In this document: piece by piece, positions 43,710 to 62,056 of the stretch
Layout of the letters: every line of letters starts with the position of its first letter
Position numbering within the stretch: the first letter of the stretch is position 1
Assembly: GCF_009914755.1 (NCBI RefSeq)
Contig: NC_060935.1
Strand: one strand, 5' to 3'
Source: the human T2T-CHM13v2.0 reference genome, Homo sapiens
DNA length: 64,000 bases
Position numbers and translations under genes: made by a program
The notes under the pieces: model-generated
The model's input: only the letters and a program-made list of their open reading frames with translations
Databases searched by the model: none
Told to the model about the DNA's origin: nothing

Positions 43710-43884
43710 ACACTATGTTTTAGGGTGGTTTTTTACATAACAAGAGACAATTGAAATAACTCCTAATGGATCATCTGGAATTTAGACCCAAAGCCTTACA
43801 GGGTCCCTGTGATGGCTCCATGGAGCTTGGTGTTTGTGTCTGGGCAGTCTTGTCCAGTCTCGCTGTTTTTTCCTCCTTAGGGAG

Positions 43885-44120
43885 ACAGTATATCCTTGAG
43901 GTTCAGAACACAGAATTTGGAGATAGCCAGACCTAGGACTGGATTCTGGCTCTGTTACATAAAGCTGTATGACCTTCATCTCTTTGTCCAAGAAAATGAG
44001 TATGTTAATATTAATTATCTCATAAGGGAGTTTGTGAGAATCAAATGAGATTTAACATCTATTAAGTGCTGAGAACAATCTCAGGCCTTTAATTAGTGCC
44101 CAGCACATATTAGCTGTTAA
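43885..44120 (+). mobile_element. MIR
   Basis: agctgtatgacct...gtgagaatcaaatgagat. Confidence 0.65.
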
Positions 44121-47100
44121 AAGTCATCCTTACACTGAATAATTGCTCTAACCTGTGTTATTATATTATCTCTCATATTATTTCTATCAAGTAGAGAATG
44201 TTTAATGAAGCCACACACCTGGTGACAACAAGCATAACAGGGTCTACTAGCTACCCAGGCTACTCAGCCATGCACCCGACATTCCTTATTTCTCTTTCAC
44301 CATGAAACCAGAAATGATGGGACAGAAAAATGTAGATACAGAAACAGAAATTACATGGGTTATGTGATCAGACAGTACTGACATCTAAATCTGGTTTTAG
44401 ACTGATGTCTAAACCTGGCATAATTTGTAAACAAAGTTGTATGAAGATTAAACACTTGTGCTGTAAAAAGCCTAGCACAGAGCATGGTTCACAGCTGATG
44501 CTCATTCGATATCAGTTTCCTCACTTCCCCTAGCATTATTCATCGTAGGCCATTAAAAGGCTATTGGCTGCTGGCATCAGTGATGTGGTCACACAGAATG
44601 ACATCTTCATTTTGCCCTTCTGTGGCCCCAGCATCTCAGGCAAGTTATGTCATGCTTCTGTGACTTAGTTTCTTCATCTTAAAAGTGGGGATGTGAATGG
44701 TTTGTGCCTCATGGAGAGGGTCTGGCTGATGTTCCAGTCCTATCTAGTCAGAGAGCAAAGGACTAAAGGACCCTGTGCTTCCAACTCTCGGCATTGCTCA
44801 GAGGATTACACCTAAGATGAGCACCATTTCTAAACATGTCCTTGTATTGGCAGAGTTGTACCTTGGCACTTTCCTCAGTCTTACTGTGGAAACAAGCTAA
44901 CACACACATGTTTGGCATGCCTACATTGGGAAATCCACCCAAGTAACAGAATAGTAACTCAGCTGTGTTACTCTCCCAAGGTTTTAATCATGCTGGGACC
45001 TGTGATCTGAGATTAATGTAGCACAGAAGACAGGGCCTCAGGAAGAAACAAAGGAAAAATGCAGAGTTTGCACGAAGCCAATACTGGGTTGAAGAAGCTG
45101 AGGCTGAGAAATCTTGGCTTTTAGGAAAAGTGCTAGCATGATCCTTCTAGCCTGTGCTTGTTGTAAAATTAAGATCCCTTCAGATTCCTGGAATTATGGG
45201 AACAATTTGAACAGAGATTTCTTCTCTGGTGAGAGCATGAATAAACAGCTAACATCATCCCTTTTGCCTTTGTCACATTCATGAGCGGCTCTCAGCCCCA
45301 TGGCTAAGAAGTGATCTGTGAGCTGGCATGTACCAGAGATCACTGATGTCTGGTAAGTTGCGAGTGTTTAGTAATGTGTGAATTAGATTTAACCATGGGA
45401 TGTGATAATCACACTGAGTGAAAATGTCTGCTTGATGGAAAGAGATGTTGGGAGCTTGAGAATGGCTTCTCCAAGGAGCTCTGCTCTGAGGACTTTGGCT
45501 GTGGGGCTGCCAGGGTGAGGCCGCACATTTGGACAGAATATCTGAGCACAACTCTGGTGAACTGGAGACATCAGAAGAGGAAGAGTCATGAAGGCAGAGA
45601 TGCCAGAGTGGGAACCCCTGAGAAAATGTGGAAGGATCTCCATCTGCCCATAGATCTTAGTCTTTCTCTGGTCTTCCTTCTTGCTTTAGTTTTTCTAGGG
45701 CACCATTTGAGAGCCCCCAGCCTTGCTCACAGCATTTGTTTGCTGATAGTTTTTGTGTACATAGAGTAATTAGAGTCATTTTTACAAAGAATTGTAGTTC
45801 CAAGCTTAAAAGCACAAATGAATAGAATAGCAAACTATGCTGTTGGAAACAAAAATAACACTGTAGGGAAGCCGCACAGCTCGGACCCGGAGGTTGGATC
45901 TCACATGTGTCGTTCATCTGGCAGCACATCACAGATCTGCAGGCATAGAGCTTTCTCATAATAACAGCTCTGGAGCACTGGCGTTGAAACCTTGGCCTCT
46001 TAGAATGACAGCAAACAAAATACTCTATAAGCACCTGGGAGTAGAAAAATGGTGCTCTGAGCATGACTGGTGCCCCCTCCCTGGAGCAAATCCATCTTTA
46101 TGGAGCATATCCACACACTGCCTGTGGGTTGGGCTTGCTGTTCATCTCTTCCAGCCTCTTGGGGCTGGTGGCTAGTTTCTCTGAGGTCTTGGAGAGGGTG
46201 GGGATGAACTGGTTTATGACACTCTGGGGAGGGGGACCAAAGTTCAGTACCCTGACCTGTGGAGGAGGCAGGGTGACCACTTCCTGGCAGTGTCCAGGAA
46301 TCTTCTAGAAGATGTCATTCCCTCCCTGTGATACTAGTGGCCTCGGACCACCTTCAACTGGAGATGTGTTCAGGCTGCCTTGGGATGCTTTCTCCAAGGG
46401 AAGGCCCCTAGCTCACCTACATTCAGCTCCTTCCATCCTGTGCTGCTTAGTTCCTATGAGTCAGTGGGGGTTGGCATATGTGTGGTTACTCCAGGGACAG
46501 CACTGGGAGTTGATGACTGGTGGCCCCGAGTTGTCTCTGGAGGTGATGCCTGAAGAGACATCCCACTTGGTGAGTGACAGCTGTCAGCCACTGGAGAGCT
46601 TGAGTTCTCCACCTAAGATCCCAGTGCCACGTCTGACCCCTGTCACCCCAAAGGCCTCTAGGATTTGTTTAAATGAATTTGAGACCCTTGAGAACAAGAT
46701 TAATATCCAGGGATCCAAAGCAATGTACTCCCCTTTCTATTCAGAAACAAGTGATTTTAGAGATCATGTCTCTATCCCACATATGGAAGACCTGAGATCT
46801 GGGATGATTAACTAATTATTCTCAGTTGATAGATCCAGCAGTCATCGGTAACAATAAGCATGCATCTGATACTGACTGTTTGTCAGCATTGTGGTCTGTT
46901 GTAGCCCAGTGCTTTGGTGGTCAGTCCAGGACCACAAACTAGTCTCTTATCTGCAGCTTGATCTGCCCCTGCTCCCTCCCTGCAGCCCCACTTTCACCTG
47001 ATGGAAATTTCCTGATCTTCAGGTACTGGGTGGGCTCTAGGCGATCTAAGACATAGTGTACATACAAATTTAATTCAAATGCTCTTGAGAGCAGTAACAC

Positions 47101-47546
47101 TGGACTTAATATCTCATCTGCTGACTTTTATTAGGTTCTGTGGAAGATGGTTTTAGGTGAAGAGAGACAGGTAGAAAGGACTGGCCCCATTTGGAGATGG
47201 GGTATGTGTGGGGCCAAAGGAGTTGGACGTCTTGTCTGTCTGGGCAAACTTAACTGCTCCTGCACTCATCCCTCTGCCTTGCCTATCCTCCATTCTTTTT
47301 AGGCCACTCACTAGTCTATTTCTGGGAATTTTGTTGACTCCTTAGTCTATGACTGGGTTGCCTAGGGCCATGGGGTGGTGTGTGCATAGGAATGGGTGAG
47401 GTTAGGAAGCAAAGCTTGCATTTATCAGGGTGATGAAGGAGGGGTTTGCACCTTCTTCTCTGTTCCTTGGTCCTTTGTGTCTCTTTGGCCCTAAGGGAAT
47501 TTATTATTCAAAGGGAAAATATCTGCTAAGCAAATGGCTTGTTTTC

Positions 47547-48920
47547 TTTTTTTTTTTTTTTTTTTTTTAGTATTTATTGATCATTCTTGGGTGTTTCTCG
47601 GAGAGGGGGATTTGGCAGGGTCATAGGACAATAGTGGAGGGAAGGTCAGCAGATAAACATATGAACAAGGGTCTCTGGTTTTCCTAGGCAGAGGACCCTG
47701 TGGCCTTCCGCAGTGTTTGTGTCCCTGGGTAGTTGAGATTAGGGAGTGGTGATGACTCTTAACGATCATGCTGCCTTCAAGCATCTGTTTAACAAAGCAC
47801 ATCTTGCACCGCCCTTAATCCATTTAACCCTGAGTTGACACAGCACATGTTTCAGAGAGCACGGGGTTGGGGGTAAGGTTATAGATTAACAGCATCCCAA
47901 GGCAGAAGAATTTTTCTTAGTACAGAACAAAATGGAGTCTCCCATGTCTACTTCTTTCTACACAGACACAGTAACAATCTGATCTCTCTTTCTTTTCCCC
48001 ACCTTTCCCCCTTTTCTATTCGACAAAACCGCCATCATCATCATGGCCCGTTCTCAATGAGCTGTTGGGTACACCTCCCAGGCGGAGTGGCGGCCGGGCA
48101 GAGGGGCTCCTCACTTCCCAGACGGGGCGGCTGCCGGGCGGAGGGGCTCCTCACTTCTCAGACGGGGTGGCCGGGCAGAGACGCTCATCACCTCCCAGAC
48201 GGGGTGGCGGTCAGTCAGAGACACTCCTCAGTTCCCAGACGGGGTCGAGGCCGGGCAGAGGCGCTCCTCACATCCCAGACGGGGCGGCGGGGCAGAGGCA
48301 CTCCCCACATCTCAGACGATGGGTGGCCGGGCAGAGACACTCCTCACTTCCTAGACGGGATGGTGGCTGGGAAGAGGCGCTCCTCACTTCCCAGACTGGG
48401 TGGCTGGGCAGAGGGGCTCCTCACATCCCAGACGATGGGCGGCCAGGCAGAGACACTCCTCACTTCCCAGACAGGGTGGCGGCCGGGCAGAGGCTGCAAT
48501 CTCGGCACTTGGGGAGGCCAAGGCAGGCGGCTGGGAGGTGGAGGTTGTAGCGAGCCGAGATCACGCCACTGCACTCCAGCCTGGGCAACATTGAGCACTG
48601 AGTGAGCGAGACTCGGTCTGCAATCCCGGCACCTCGGGAGGCCGAGGCAGGCAGATCACTCGCGGTCAGGAGCTGGAGACCAGCCCGGCCAATACGGCGA
48701 AACCCCGTCTCCACCAAAAAATGCAAAAACCAGTCAGGTGTGGCGGTGCGCGCCTGCAATCCCAGGCACTCTGCAGGCTGAGGCAGGAGAATCAGGCAGG
48801 GAGGTTGCAGTGAGCCGAGATGGCGGCAGTACAGTCCAGCCTCGGCTTTCACAACTTTGGTGGCATCAGAGGGAGACCGGGGAGGGGGAGGGGGAGGGGG
48901 AGAGGGAGAGGGAGAGGGAG
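47547..48920 (-). mobile_element. SVA, full structure, short VNTR (older SVA_A-C-like)
   Basis: Poly-T, SINE-R (~47570-48060), ~11 VNTR units of 37-42 bp (~48075-48495), Alu-like domain, (GGGGGA)/(GAGAGG)n hexamer; perfect 18-bp TSD agcaaatggcttgttttc (47529-47546, 48921-48938). Confidence 0.97.
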
Positions 48921-49721
48921 AGCAAATGGCTTGTTTTCATGACGAGATTTCAATCTGTCAACTCCTGAGTCTGGGACAGAGTGTTAGAGTGGTGATGGTG
49001 ATGATAGGGGCCTGCTTGGAGCCCACTATATATTTAGTATGTTAAGAAAAACTACCTCAAATCTGTAAATAAGGCCAGGATGTAATTCTAGTTTCATTCT
49101 GAAGCACTGATCAACAGATTCGCCCATGGATTACTTAATTTTCTAAGAAAATGTTTCATTTTGACATCTATGAGCAATGAAGCAGTACTACTCTGTAAAA
49201 TTACACGTGAAGGAGGAGGTTTTGCCCCATAAAGACGCAATTGCTTCTTTGTCTTCTTCATGGAGCTCAAGCCTAGCTGTGCTGGTTCAACCCAACCTGC
49301 CAAAACCTCCCTTTTTTCCTCCCCTCCAGGACCCTTGACAGTAAAAATTTTATTTCCCACTTCCCCTTTATACCATCCACAGTCTTAGCCCCGTGCTTTC
49401 TCTTCTCACCAGGTGGTTCATAAGCTAAAGTAATTCAGTGAATTCAGGAACTCAGAGTTAGAGGGAACCAGGTAAAACACAAGCCATCTACATCCTACCC
49501 GCTGCTCCTTCAGACTCCAGACAGGTTGTCAGGGATGTGGGGATTCTGCTACACACAAAATGGAATTCAAGCCCATTTTATTTGAGTCTCAAAAAGATAT
49601 TGAACCTCAGTTGACATTTGGGTTTCATAATAAATCCCACCTCCTTCCCTTTAAATTAGTAAGATTGATTTCTGTTATAATAGAAGAGGGTTTTGTTTAA
49701 AGACATAAAGGTAATTTGATT

Positions 49722-49840
49722 TTGAGTTAGGGTCTCACTATGTTGCCCGGGCTGGTCTCAAACTCCTGTGCTCAAGTGATTTTCCCACCTCGCCCTCCCA
49801 AAGTACTGGTGTTACAGGCAAGAGCCACAGCACCCAGCCG
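49722..49840 (-). mobile_element. FLAM/AluJ monomer inserted just after the OR KDVK motif
   Basis: Single reverse monomer; short TSD a(a/c)tttga. Confidence 0.85.
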
Positions 49841-50668
49841 ACTTTGACATCTTTATTTCTCAGGCCTTAGACCAGGAGGTTCAGCATGGGGATCACAACG
49901 GTGAAGAGGATTTTGTTATAGGCTGAGGCCATTTCAGGGTTGGGTGGAATGTATACAAGGAACACAAACCCATAAAACAGGCAGTGAGCAGTGAGGTGGG
50001 AGGCACGAGTGGAGAAAGCTTTGCACTGGGCATCCAGGGACCTCATCCCACTGATTAACCAGGATGTAAGTGTAAGAGACCAAGATGACTGAGATGGTAG
50101 GGATAGTGATCAAGGCAGAGGAGACAAACAGGATCATGTTGGCCACAGTGGCATCTGAGCAGGCCAGTTGGAGCATGGGGGTGGGGAATGTAACAGAACA
50201 TAGTAATGATCAATGATGTTAGGACACGGTAGGGCGAGATGAATGCATCCTGTCTAGAGCTGAAATGAGCACCCCCACAGCAGAGGTAACCACCACCAGC
50301 TGGGCACACAGTCCCCTTGGACATGATGATATGCTAGGGGAAAGGGTGGCAAATGGCCACAACTCAGTCATAGGCTACGATGGCCAGCAGCAGACATTCC
50401 CCTGTGCCATAGAAGGTCATGAGGGCCATCTGGATTACACCACCTGCAAAGGAGATGGATGGTTAGTGGTGAGAAAGTGGATCAGCAGCCTGGGGTGCAC
50501 ATGGAGGAACTGCAGATGTCTAGGAAGGAGAATACGCTCAGGAGGAAGCACATGGGGGTGTGGAGGGCAGAGCTGGTGCAGATTGGCAGATCAGATCTGT
50601 CATGCCCAGGTTGCCCACCAGAGTCACGGAGTAGGTCAGCAGGAAGACAGCAAAGAGGAGTGAGGAGT

Positions 50669-50710
<42 letters not shown>

Positions 50711-51065
50711 GGGTTTCTCTCTCATTGCCCAGGCTGGCATGCAGTGGCACTCTCTCCCTTCACTACAACATTTGCCTACCAGGCTCAAGCCATCCTCCTG
50801 CCTCAGCCTCCTGAGTATCTGGGATTATAGGTGCACACCACCATACCTGGCTAATTTTTGTATTGTTTTAGTAGAGACGAAGTTTTGCCATGTTGGCCAG
50901 GCTGGTCTTGAACTCCTGACCTCAAATTAGCTGCCCACCTTGGCCTCCCAAAGTGCTGGGATTACAGGCATGAACCACCCCACCTGGACTAGAAGTGATT
51001 TTTAATCTGTGTAGTCCGAGGCCCAGCAGCATGAATCTCATCACTGTGGTGTGATTCTGCGCCAA
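49841..51065 (-). pseudogene. OR5BD1P: Olfactory receptor pseudogene, multiple disablements, Alu-interrupted
   Basis: Minus strand: TTG(ex-ATG)-AQNHTTVMRFMLLGL, [Alu], LLFAVFLLTYSVTLVGNLGM, LHTPMCFLL, QMALM, ECLLLAIVAYD* (CGA>TGA), [33 protein letters not shown]; paralog of the 21659-22590 gene. Symbol tentative (recalled, unverified). Confidence refers to the OR-pseudogene call. Confidence 0.9.
50670..50989 (-). mobile_element. AluJb/Sz inserted at the start of OR TM1
   Basis: T38 tail; TSD ag(g/a)agtg(t/a)tttt. Confidence 0.92.
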
Positions 51066-51375
51066 GGCCAAACCTCTGGTGTGTTTTTTATGTGACAATG
51101 AATAAGAGGAAGTGAAATAAGAATACTAACATCCTTATCAAAAAGGTAACCTTTAATGTCTTCTACAAGTGAAAAGCTGCATTTATGCCCAGGTGGTGCA
51201 CTGCTCACCAAACCCCACATGAATCCCATCATGTCACACTCATGCTTATGTGTTAAGGGTGCTCTGCCTTCCTTAGGATAATATCTACATTAGTATTGTT
51301 TCCCACAAAATATAATAAATGCCTCAAACTCCTGGGCTCAAGTGATCCTTTTGCCTCAGCCTTGCAAGAAGCTGA

Positions 51376-51729
<354 letters not shown>

Positions 51730-52034
51730 TAAATTTTTAAATTTCAGTAGCTTTAGAAATACAAGTGGTTTTTGGTTACACAGATGGATTGAATCTAGGA
51801 TCCATTGTAACTGTTTTATATTTATTTATTTATTATACTTTAAGTTCTGGGATACATGGGCAGAATGTGCAGGTTTGTTACATAGGTATACACATGCCAT
51901 GGTGGTTTGCTGCACCCATCAACCCGCCATCTACATTAGCTATTTCTCCTAATGCTATCCCTCTCCTAGCCTCCCACCCACTGACAGGCCCCATGTGTGA
52001 TGTTCCCCTCCCTGTGTCCATGTGTTCTCGTTGT

Positions 52035-55844
<3,810 letters not shown>

Positions 55845-55908
55845 TATGATGCTAGCTGGTTATTTTGCCCATTAGTTGAAGCAGTTTCTTCATAGTGCCG
55901 ATGGTCTT

Positions 55909-56930
55909 TACTATTTGGTATGTTTTTGCAGTGGCTGGTACCATTTGCTCCTTTCCATGTTTAGTGCTTCCTTTAGGAGCTCTTGTAAGGCAGGCCTGGT
56001 GGTGACAAAATCCCTCAGCATTTGCTTGTCTGTAAAGAATTTTATTTCTTCTTCACTTATGAAGCTTAGTTTGGCTGGATATGAAATTCTGGGTTAAAAA
56101 TTCTTTTCTTTAAGAATGTTGAATATTGGCCCCCACTCTCTTCTGGCTTGTAGGGTTTCTGCAGAGAGATTAGCTGTTAGTCTGATGGGCTTCCTTTCAT
56201 GGGTAGCCTGACCTTTCTCTCTGCCTCCCCTTAACATTTTTTCCTTCATTTCAGCCTTGGTGAATCTGACATTATGTGTCTTGGGGTTGCTCTTCTCGAG
56301 GAGTATCTTTGTGGTGTTCTCTGTATTTCCTGAATTTAAATGTTGGCCTGTCTTTCTAGTTGGGGAAGTTCTGTATAATATCCTGAAGAGGGTTTTCCAG
56401 CTTGTTTCCATTCTCCCTGTCACTTTCAGGTATACTAATCAAATGTAAGTTTTGTCTTTCCACATAGTCCCATATTTCTTGGAGGCTTTGTTTGTTCCCT
56501 TTCATTCTTTTTTCTCTAATCTTGTTGTTATGCCCTATTTCATTAAGTTGACCTCAATCTCTGATATCCTTTCTCTCTCTGCTTGATGGATTCGACTATT
56601 GATACTTGTGTATGCTTCACGAAGTTCTTGTGCTGTGTTTTTCAGTTCCATCAGGTCATTTATGTTCTTCTTTAAATTAGTTTTTCTAGTTAGCAATTCC
56701 TCTAACCTTTTTTCAAGGTTCTTAGCTTCCTTGTATTAGGTTAGAACATGCTCCTTTAGCTTTGAAGAGTTTGTTATTACCCACCTTCTAAAGCCTACTT
56801 CTGTCAATTCGTCAAATTCATTCTCCATCCAGTTGTTTTCACTGCTGGTGAGGAGTTGTGATCCTTTGGGAGAGAAGAAGCATTCTGTTTTTTTTGAATT
56901 TTTAGCCTTTTTACACTTGCTTTTCCTCAT
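55909..56930 (-). pseudogene. L1 ORF1p, disrupted
   Basis: MRKSKCKKAKNSK start, LSAETLQARREWGPIFNILKEKNF; frameshifts and stops. Confidence 0.85.
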
Positions 56931-58265
56931 CTTCTTGGATTTATCTACTTTTAGTCTTTGATCTTGGTGACTTTTGGATGGGGTTTTTGTGTGGATGTCC
57001 TTTTTGTTAATGTTGATGCTATTCATTTCTGTTTGTTAGTTTTTCTTCTAACAGGCAGGCCCTTCTGCTGCAGGTCTGCTGAAGTTTGCTGGAGGTCCAC
57101 TCCAGACCCTCTTTGCCTGGGTATTACCAGTGGAGGCTGCAGAACAGCAAAGATTGCCACCTGCTCCTTCCTTTGGAAGCTTTGTCCCAGAGGGGCACCC
57201 ACCAGATACCAGCCAGAGCTCTCCTGTATAAGGTGTCTGTTGATCCCTGCTGGGAGGTGTCTCCCAGTCAGGAGGCATGGGGGTCAGGGACCCACTTGAG
57301 GAGGCAGTCTGTCCCTTAGCAGAGCTTGAGCACTGTGCTGGGAGATCCGCTGCTCTCTTTAGAGCCAGCAGGCAGGAATGTTTAAGTTTGCTGAAGCTGC
57401 GCCCACAGCCACCCCTTCCTGCAGGTGCTCTCTCTCAGGGAGATGAGAGTTTTACCTATAAGCCCCTGACTGGGACTGCTGCCTAACTTTCAGGGATGCC
57501 CTTCGCAGAGAGGAGGAATCTAGAGAGGTAGTGTGGTGACAGCTGCTTTGTGGTGCTGTGGTGGGCTCCGCCCAGTTGGAACTTTCTGGGGGCTCTGTTT
57601 ACACTGTGAGGGGAAAACCGTCAAGCCTCAGTAATGGTGGATGCCCCTCCTCCCACCAAGCTCCAGTGTCCCAGGTTGACTTCAGACTGCTGTGCTGGCA
57701 GCGAGAATTTCAAGCTTGCGGATCTTAGCTTGCTGGGCTCTGTAGGGGTGGGATCCAGTGAGCTAGACCACTTGGCTCCCTGGCTTCAGCCCCCTTTCCA
57801 GGGGAGTGAACGGTTCTATCTCACTAGCATTCCAGGAGCCACTGTAGTATGAAAAAAAATCTCCTGCAGCTAGCTTCATGTCTGCCAAAACTGCTCCCCA
57901 GTTTTGTGCTTGAAACCCAGGTCCCTGGTGGTGTAGGCACCTGAGGGAATCTCCTGGCTTGCAGGTTGCGAAGACCATGGGAAAAGTGGGGTATCTGGAC
58001 TGGAATGCACCATTCCTCATGGCACAGTCCCTCATGGCTTCCCTTGGCTAGGGGAGGGAGTTCCCCAACCCTTGCACATCCTGGGTGAGGCGGCGCCCCA
58101 CCCTGCTTCTGCTCAACCTCTGCGGGCTGCATCCACTGTCTATCCAGTCCCAATGAGATAAGCTGGGTACCTCAGTTGGAAATGCAGAAATCACCTGCCT
58201 TCTGCGCTGATGTTGCTGGGAGCTGCAGACCAGAGCTGTTCCTATTTGGCCATCTTGCCCAGGTC

Positions 58266-59140
58266 CCACTGTAACCATTTTTAAGTGTACATCTCAATGG
58301 TATTAAATACATTCACAGCTGGGGGTGGTGGTGCATACTTGTAGTCACAGGGGGGAGGCTGAGGCAGGAGAATTGCTTGAGCCCAGGAGTTCAAGACCAG
58401 CCTGGGCAACATAGCATGACCTCATGTCTAAAAAATTTTTTTCATAATATTGTGCAAATATCACCACCATGCATCTTCATAACTCTTTTCATCTTGTAAA
58501 ACTGAAACTGTACCTATTAAACAACAAATCTCCATTGTCTCCATTGCCAGCCCCTGGCAACTACTATTCTACTTTCTGTCTCAATAATTTTGGCTACTCT
58601 AAGTAACTTATATAACTGGAATTATGTGGTATTTATTTTTTCTTTGTGTGACTGCCTTATTTCACTGAACATAATGTCCTCAAGGTTCATCCATGCTGTG
58701 TATGTGTCAGAATTTTCATCCTTTTTTTTTTTTTTTTTTTTAATCGAGAAGGAGTTTTGTTCTTGTTGCCTAGGCTGGAGTGCAATGGCATGATGTCAGC
58801 TCACTGCAGCCTCTGCCCCTGGGTTCAAGTGATTCTCTGGCCTCAGCCTCCCGAGTAGCTGGGATTACAGGCACCCATCACCACACCTGGCTAATTTTGT
58901 TTTTTGTATTTTTAGTAGGGGTTGGTTTTTGCCATATTGGCCAGGCTGGTCTTGAACTCCTGACCTCAGGTGATCCGCCCCCCTCAGCCTCTCAAAGTCT
59001 TGGGATTACAGGCGTGAGCTACTGTGCCTGCCCAGAATTTCCATCCTCTTAAGGCTAATATTCTACTATATGAATACACCACATTTTTCTTATCCATTCG
59101 TCCATCGTGGGATACGTGTGTTGCTTTTGCATTTTAGGTA
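58266..59140 (-). mobile_element. L1MB-like 3' fragment (host of the full-length L1), interrupted by FLAM 58317-58435 (+) and AluSq/Sp 58722-59032 (-)
   Basis: ttttaagtgtaca..gcccctggcaact.ctattctactttctgtctc; Alu TSD cagaattt(t/c)catcct. Confidence 0.8.
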
Positions 59141-59549
59141 TCACGACTGTCTAAATCCTTGGTCTGCCGGATGTCCTCTATGACACATGTCCATGCCATG
59201 TTGTTCTCATTTTACCCTCCAGCAATTCTTAACAACTTTCTTCTCTGAAAAGACAATGGTCTATGCCTTTCCATAGTCTATGTTTTCTTATTATTAATAG
59301 AATGTCTTTTGTTCTTTCCAAATCCAGTTAAGAGCTCTGTCACTGTTCTCTCTCCCCTGAATTTCAAAGACAGGTCTTTAGTGGAATTAATGGCACTGTA
59401 TTTTAACATTAAAAATGCCTATTCATCTTTTCTATTGAATTTTCTTACTCCTAGAAGGAGGAGAGTTATTTAATATCTTGAGAATTTGTGTTCTAGTCCT
59501 TGTCACAGTGCCTGGTGTCAATGAATGAGTATAAATTAGTTATCAATTA

Positions 59550-60675
<1,126 letters not shown>

Positions 60676-60766
60676 AAACTATAAAGAAGGATTTCTTCAA
60701 AGCAAAACAGGCTGTCAAGAGGAGAACTACTACCCAGATGAATGAATTCAGAATTCCGTGATTCCA

Positions 60767-60900
60767 GGCCGGGCACAGTGGCTCACACCTGTAATCCCAG
60801 CACTTTGAGAGGCCAAGTGGGAGGATTGCTTGAGTCCAGGAGTTTGAGACCAGCCCGGGCAACATGGTGAGACCCTGTCTCTATATTAAATTTTTAAAAA
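60767..60900 (+). mobile_element. FLAM_C/AluJ monomer
   Basis: Single monomer; TSD attccgtg(a)ttcc. Confidence 0.85.
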
Positions 60901-61454
60901 GGTAAAACAAAGTATAAAACAGCATTCCGTGTTCCCAAATCAGGTGATAAAAATTGGAGAATAGGTATGATAAGAATTGGGATAGAGTCGAACTTGAAAC
61001 ATGAGGCACAGGGTGGTGAAACTCAGTACTGGCTGAAAGTCAGGGCCTATGGTGGCCTGTTGTCATAGCAGCAGAACCTGGCTATAAGAGGGGGATCAGC
61101 TTGTGGACATAAAGGTGGGTAGAATCTTCTGGGGAGGATTCTACCGACCTTGTTCTACCAGTCTTGAATTTTGGCCCAAATCTCTGAATTCACAACCCTG
61201 GTCCTGAATCTCTGACAACCCTATGTATATAGATCTATGTGCTTTTATAATAATTATATAATTTAATATGAATTTGAATACATATTTGAATACATATACA
61301 TTTCATATGCATATACTTAAGGTGTTTGAAACATTTAAGAGGATCTGCTTAATTTGACTTGAAATATTGAGGATGATAACACTGAATTAACTAATTTTAT
61401 ATTTGATTTGACTCTGCTAAAATGCATAAGGACATTTGATTTACTAAATATATA

Positions 61455-61596
61455 CTTTTTTTTCTTCTTTTTTAAGATAGAAATGGGGTTTTGCTATGTT
61501 GCCCAGGCTGGTCTCAAACTCTCCTAGTCTCAAGCACTGCACCTGCCTCAGCCTCCCAAAGTGTTGGGATTACAGGTGTGAACAACCACGCCTGGC
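61455..61596 (-). mobile_element. FLAM_C/AluJ monomer
   Basis: Single reverse monomer. Confidence 0.85.
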
Positions 61597-61754
61597 TGTA
61601 TATTTTAATTTTAGTAAATTTTCAAGAGTTGTTTAAGTGCTCATGAAGACATTTGAAGGGCTTGAGTAATCAGGTGCATTAAATATGTGATTATAGTTTA
61701 AAAAGTTTAAGATAATGTAATTAATTAAGTCTATAAACAGAGTTTAAATGTTAG

Positions 61755-62056
<302 letters not shown>

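Noticed and set aside
46312-46815. 167-aa ATG-initiated ORF in apparently unique sequence
   Set aside because: No recognisable motif or homology; probably chance or degenerate retroelement sequence. A tBLASTn/PhyloCSF check would settle it.
48075-48495. Regularly spaced ~40-bp repeats resembling a CRISPR array
   Set aside because: Tandem SVA VNTR units without unique spacers, in eukaryotic context.
48057-48852. Long ORFs of 130-182 aa
   Set aside because: They arise from the GC-rich, stop-poor SVA VNTR and Alu-like domain.
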